Shown piece after piece: positions 60,401-64,000 of a stretch of DNA of 64,000 bases (the stretch's first letter is position 1; each line of letters opens with the position of its first letter). The DNA is taken from contig CAZALK010000006.1 of NCBI GenBank assembly GCA_964486045.1, forward strand, positions 1 through 64,000, in the 5' to 3' direction. Under the pieces are notes generated by a model. That model saw nothing but the letters and a program-made list of their open reading frames with translations. It was not told the DNA's origin and did not search any database. The stretch comes from an uncultured archaeon (GTDB lineage: Archaea > Asgardarchaeota > Lokiarchaeia > Sigyniarchaeales > SOKP01). Position numbers and translations under genes: made by a program.

Positions 60401-61888
60401 GCTGCTTTAATTGATGAATATTATATAAGAAGAGTAAATAGCGGTAAAAAATCTGTTAAAATTCTAATAACAGCGTTTTCTTATGCTGCGATACGAGTCC
60501 TCGTCAAGAAAATTAGAGAAGGGAAAGATAAAAACGGTAAACCTAATCCCTCTTCTAAAATTCAAATGATTTTTCTTCGCTCAATTTATCAAAAACCTAT
60601 ACCTTCTCGACCCGGAAGTAGAAATGTGGATGATTTAGTTAAAAGTGGGGCCACATGGAAATTAAATGGACAATCTAGGACAGTTACTGAAACAATGCCA
60701 TTAGAGGAATCTTTAGAATCAAGTTATATAATATTTGCTAATGCACATCAGCTTTATCATCTACCTGAACGGGTTGAAGAAGATGAATTTTCTTTTAATC
60801 TTATATGTGTTGATGAAGCAAGTCAACTCCCAGTAGATAATTTTATGTCTAGTCTTCAATTTGTTGACAAACATAACTTCGTAATTAAATCTAAATTTTC
60901 CGGTTCCCCAAAAACAAAGATTACAGACATCAATCAAGTAAAACAATTATCTATTGAAAATAAAATTGATCCAAAGAATCTTACCAAAATCGTAATCGTG
61001 GGCGACTTTAATCAGCTTCCCCCAGTTCAACCAGTTCCGCCACCCAAAAACCTAGAAAGTATTTTAAAAAGTTTATTTGTGTATTATGTAAAAAATCATG
61101 AAGTTCCGAATTCGCAACTTCAAATAAATTATCGAAGTCATAAGGATATAGTAGAGTTCACTTCCCTCTTAGGTTTTTATAAAAATTTAAAACCAGATCC
61201 TAATAATATGGATAGATTATTACAAGGGGAAATTAAAAACGTTGAGGAAAGCTGGATTCAAGAGATCCTCACACCCCAAAAAGTTGTTTCATGCATTATA
61301 CACAACAAAAAGTTTGAAATCGGTGTTAGCGCACTAGAAGCTTTTCTTGCAGTAAAAATTATATTAGGCTATTTTAAAATGGTACGACCTAATTCAAAAG
61401 TTCAAGAACGCGTATTTTGGAGAGAAACTGTTGGCGTTGTAGCCCCCCATAATGCACAAGGACGCTTGATAATAAGACAACTATATGATAAACTCATAGA
61501 TCCATCAAAGCCATTAACGTCTCTTAATCATTCTGAGTTAATGAATCTCCTGATTAATACAATTTATTCTGTTGAAAAATTTCAAGGGTCTGATAGAGAA
61601 CTCATTATCTCATCAATTGGGATTTCTGATAAGGATCAGCTTAATTCTGAGAGTGAATTTATATATAATATAAATCGGTTCAATGTTCTTACTTCAAGGG
61701 CAAAAAGTAAGATAATATTGATAGCAAGTAAGAGATTCTTCAATTTCATACCCAAAGAAAGGAATATCATGGAAGAAGCTGCACATATCCGTAATTATGC
61801 ACTAAATTATTGTAATAAATCTGAAAAACTTCACATTAAAGATGAGAAAAATTTAGATGAGTTAGTTGAATTTAGATATAAAGATTAA
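57404..61888 (+). CDS. Fe-S RecB/Cas4-like nuclease fused to a Dna2/Upf1-type SF1B helicase
   Basis: C19...RPD...IDVK...QFIEILFY...C300-x2-C303-x5-C309; QGPPGTGKS, DEASQ, GDFNQLPPV, NYRS, VEKFQGSD, RFNVLTSRAK. Confidence 0.88.
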   Translation: MGNNNFNKQLLTRYTESECKRQLFLILGQGRPDLWYKDNRPIESIRHKRLPTDLLERLGQIFEQKVYSHLIRYNGAKYNVEQNGKVGETYLNPQIFEQFYDELKNDTNLEDLMLLEFQYETPEYFVKNIFPPKNNLNEIPVNYGEQRPDIIIIGNSFNKKKKKVLELLSNGTIREVPKSEQGIRFGISIIDVKNTREDHIGKKQFIEILFYLWTMASYLIEKSLNDKFFVRMDFNGIFPQYSEENLKKLLTLDDLLDLTIQLHWDQIHQVFLNIIQKIKRLWKKAPLPIESIPVNIQASCGFCYFIEDCKKTLGIDRAPSDWSLQLIPYTSFSISQQLLDLGFETIGDVFTNIDSVTVGNTPEPLYAELPLLKLKALALINNQVVIPQPGEIHTYSIPRFTTISITFAVEKDPSNERVYAAGFYVDMIASGKIPFGGVFNNWWKIWKDALKFNKEPKDIQAELNKNLIRSIPLVVVEQFLYLLNKLKTIIIYLKGDKTTAGTPRKNTEIIYQFAIINRCHTNEEEIKFTRHIIKQLYLIFELCNVVENYVVTDGYKAGTYYGPTTSLFYWSKRQLDNFQSMLERNLNSIIDDIDVWRKYLAIISYFTPSDSEVAHPYQHKKLFNVQDFAETILGFPSIINYTWHEIAKITQGTNSSKKYWIQHFNYMDFNNWYVMLVEDDDSKQKTIRLELRKQVMHKIRTINKLRKAFQIESRFNISKNAHVISKEQIRRAVLSSEYHSIAQVWYLFSKLTGSIEEMDKEYLRTIYPEFSIAKLVAAKITNLVVQKSGTKVYYEFQMKGLSSNMKVRPNDRVLLIPNEKRDMNANRRNESWKVAIETMEYLSQINGYNVKTKETNTNLFDLIKKDKEISESPEDLDWYLYPTYIDAWSKKLYGEKGLLQRHNMGRSWLGSLLSYMWKIRSKQELFWPEEWTFSAPSVYLYAPNLLLNMASKTKETYDKLLTQIDPTPDPSQKRAIQLALEKVISGIQGPPGTGKSQTIAALIDEYYIRRVNSGKKSVKILITAFSYAAIRVLVKKIREGKDKNGKPNPSSKIQMIFLRSIYQKPIPSRPGSRNVDDLVKSGATWKLNGQSRTVTETMPLEESLESSYIIFANAHQLYHLPERVEEDEFSFNLICVDEASQLPVDNFMSSLQFVDKHNFVIKSKFSGSPKTKITDINQVKQLSIENKIDPKNLTKIVIVGDFNQLPPVQPVPPPKNLESILKSLFVYYVKNHEVPNSQLQINYRSHKDIVEFTSLLGFYKNLKPDPNNMDRLLQGEIKNVEESWIQEILTPQKVVSCIIHNKKFEIGVSALEAFLAVKIILGYFKMVRPNSKVQERVFWRETVGVVAPHNAQGRLIIRQLYDKLIDPSKPLTSLNHSELMNLLINTIYSVEKFQGSDRELIISSIGISDKDQLNSESEFIYNINRFNVLTSRAKSKIILIASKRFFNFIPKERNIMEEAAHIRNYALNYCNKSEKLHIKDEKNLDELVEFRYKD

Positions 61889-61906
61889 AAGTAAAGAAGA
61901 TATAAT

Positions 61907-63406
61907 ATGAATGCAAAATTTGTCCATATTGCTGATCTTCATCTCGGAAAAAGGCAATATAATAATAATGAGCGATATCTAGATTACTTTCGGGCTTTTA
62001 AATGGATTCTAAAATTTGCAATTCAAGAAAGGGTTGATTTTATCTTAATTGCGGGAGATTTATTTGATAACCGTAAGATAAGTCCGAATGTTTTGACTGA
62101 AGTTTTCTATATTATTCGAAATTTTAAAAACAAGTCACAAGAAGAGCTTAATCGTGAGATCCCATTAATCTGCATTGAGGGAAATCATGACACTCCTATT
62201 TATTCTACTCAATCTTGGATGACATTTTTAGCAGATTTAGATCTAATTATTCTCTTATCTGGAGATTATGATAAAAACAGGAAGATTATCAGTTTTGAAC
62301 CCTATGATGCTAAAACTCGCCGGGGCGGAATGATACAGATAAAAAATGTCAAAATCTATGGAGTTTCTTTTTATGGAAGCTCTACAATTCATCTATTCCA
62401 ACCGATTATTGAAGCGATTAAGGAAGATACCCCCAAGTTAAATATTTTAATGATGCATTTTGGAGTAGTAGGCCAAGATTCGTCTAAACCAGGTATTGAA
62501 TTTTCTGAGCCTTTTAAAAATTTGCATACCAAAGTTGATTATTTAGCTTTAGGTCATTACCATAAGCTGTATCAACTTCCTCGTAAAAATCCATGGATTT
62601 ATAATCCTGGATCCCTAGAAATTACAGATATTAGGGAAGCATTTGATTATTTTGAGAAGGATGCTAAAAGAGGAGCAATTCTTATATCTAGTGATGAAAA
62701 AATATATCAGAGTAAGACTATAATATGCGAGAATGGTGCTACCGATCTAAATTTGATACCGAATCGTAAATTCTTACGGGTTAGTCCTATTAATATCGGA
62801 GAAACTACATCATTTGATGAATTAATAAAACTTGTGATGGATACAATTAAAAGGTGGGGAACTCCAACAAAAAATTCTCCGATGGCTTCTGCTCCAAACG
62901 ATCTAAATTGTCCCATTCTTTTCTTTAACATTGAGGGTGAGGTTAATTATTCTCGTTTAGAAGTAAATATAAATCAACTTCGACATGAAATCTTGAATGA
63001 ATTTGCTCTTCTTGAAGTTAGGATCTTCTCCCCATATCTAATTTCCAGCTTAGATAATATAAAAATACCTCAAGGAAAAAAAACTATAGATGAAATAGAA
63101 TTTGAAATTTTTTCTGCCATGGTAAAAGAAAACTCAATGTTCGAGCATGTTGAAGAAGAAGTAGTAGATTTAATGAAAAATTTAAAGAGGGAATTATTAG
63201 TTGGTAAACCTAATTATTCCGCTTTAAAAGAACTTATCAAAGAATGGTGCCTGCATAATGCTGGTGAATTTAAAATCCAGGATAAATTATTTCAATCAGA
63301 ACAAGATGAAACACCTGAAGTAGAGAAAATTGTGGAAAGTGATGATGATGGAGATTTAGATCTCGATGATTATATTGATAATATTGAAGAAGAAGGGATA
63401 GATTAG
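61907..63406 (+). CDS. mre11: Mre11/SbcD DNA repair nuclease
   Basis: ADLHLG, AGDLFD, GNHD, ALGHYH, YNPGSLE; adjacent to rad50. Confidence 0.93.
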   Translation: MNAKFVHIADLHLGKRQYNNNERYLDYFRAFKWILKFAIQERVDFILIAGDLFDNRKISPNVLTEVFYIIRNFKNKSQEELNREIPLICIEGNHDTPIYSTQSWMTFLADLDLIILLSGDYDKNRKIISFEPYDAKTRRGGMIQIKNVKIYGVSFYGSSTIHLFQPIIEAIKEDTPKLNILMMHFGVVGQDSSKPGIEFSEPFKNLHTKVDYLALGHYHKLYQLPRKNPWIYNPGSLEITDIREAFDYFEKDAKRGAILISSDEKIYQSKTIICENGATDLNLIPNRKFLRVSPINIGETTSFDELIKLVMDTIKRWGTPTKNSPMASAPNDLNCPILFFNIEGEVNYSRLEVNINQLRHEILNEFALLEVRIFSPYLISSLDNIKIPQGKKTIDEIEFEIFSAMVKENSMFEHVEEEVVDLMKNLKRELLVGKPNYSALKELIKEWCLHNAGEFKIQDKLFQSEQDETPEVEKIVESDDDGDLDLDDYIDNIEEEGID

Positions 63407-63407
63407 A

Positions 63408-64000
63408 ATGATAATTACAAAAATTGAACTCGAAAATATTACAACTCACAAAAAGACAACAATTGATTTTCAAGCCGGATTAAATTTGTTATATGGTCCC
63501 AATGGAACAGGTAAATCTACAGTTCTTAAAATGATTGGATTTGTACTATTCGATTTTCTTCCAGGTAAACAAAAAGATTATACTAGGAAGAGCTTTGCAA
63601 AATCACCCAAATTTGGGAAGGTTAAGCTTTGGGTTGTGGGTTTAAACGACGATCAATTTGTTATTCAGAGAACTCTAGCAAAAACTAAACAGTTAATTGA
63701 AGTTTCAGATGCAAGGACAGGAATTATTGAAAAAGGAATAAATAGTACCGCACAATTACAGGAATGGTTAAAAAATCAATTATCTTTAAGTCCGGATGTT
63801 GATTTAGCAAATCTATTTAAAACTTCTGTGGGTGTCCAACAAGGTACTTTTACAGAACCATTTTTACGCACACCGCAGAAAAGAAAAGACTTTTTTAATC
63901 CTGTTTTACAACTTGATGTATACAGAACAGTTTGGTCAAATCTTCGTAATATTATAAAAGAATTTAACAGAGATTTACAACAAGCTGAAAATAAACAAAC
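63408..64000 (+). CDS. rad50: Rad50/SbcC ATPase, N-terminal part running off the window (not in the ORF track)
   Basis: Manual translation MIITKIELENITTHKKTTIDFQAGLNLLYGPNGTGKSTVL...VGVQQGTF...RKDFF; ATG 1 bp after the mre11 stop. Confidence 0.93.
   Translation, partial: MIITKIELENITTHKKTTIDFQAGLNLLYGPNGTGKSTVLKMIGFVLFDFLPGKQKDYTRKSFAKSPKFGKVKLWVVGLNDDQFVIQRTLAKTKQLIEVSDARTGIIEKGINSTAQLQEWLKNQLSLSPDVDLANLFKTSVGVQQGTFTEPFLRTPQKRKDFFNPVLQLDVYRTVWSNLRNIIKEFNRDLQQAENKQ

Noticed and set aside
8423-63473. Antisense or nested ORFs in the track (e.g. 8423-8629, 8928-9209, 12057-12350, 17441-17731, 19766-20143, 27734-28159, 49445-49771, 51794-52126, 62707-62931)
   Set aside because: They overlap well-supported genes and carry no motifs; shadow ORFs
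1-64000. CRISPR array, tRNA/rRNA, IS transposase, integrase, reverse transcriptase
   Set aside because: No regularly spaced repeats, GC-rich structured RNA or catalytic motifs of these families were recognised by eye; a covariance-model search is needed to exclude small RNAs

Overview
Very AT-rich archaeal chromosome segment, most consistent with an Asgard archaeon of the Lokiarchaeia type. This assignment is an inference from gene content: a Rab-like GTPase, longin domains, a gelsolin-like domain, a mu-homology-like protein, an IPGY-TM-basic sorting tail and archaeal Taw2/Trm11-like enzymes. Positions ~1-7.6 kb form a decaying accessory/defence island. It holds an HNH pseudogene, SNF2-like and DUF3800-like stubs, HicBA, a SUKH fusion and a stop-interrupted REase, and 3.55 kb of it is bracketed by a 98-bp direct repeat. 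The rest is core-like: acyl-CoA/lipid metabolism, a two-component cluster flanked by RHH genes, and tRNA-modification and repair genes. Four loci stand out: (1) a putative Dna2-like Fe-S nuclease-SF1 helicase gene directly upstream of mre11-rad50, with a UvrD nearby; (2) a longin / Rab-like GTPase / NPRL2-like gene trio; (3) a degenerate GTPase next to two stand-alone 7TM proteins; (4) a cytoplasmic mu-homology-like multi-beta-sandwich protein. No tRNA, rRNA, CRISPR array, integrase or transposase was recognised. All family calls come from motif recognition by eye, not from database searches.
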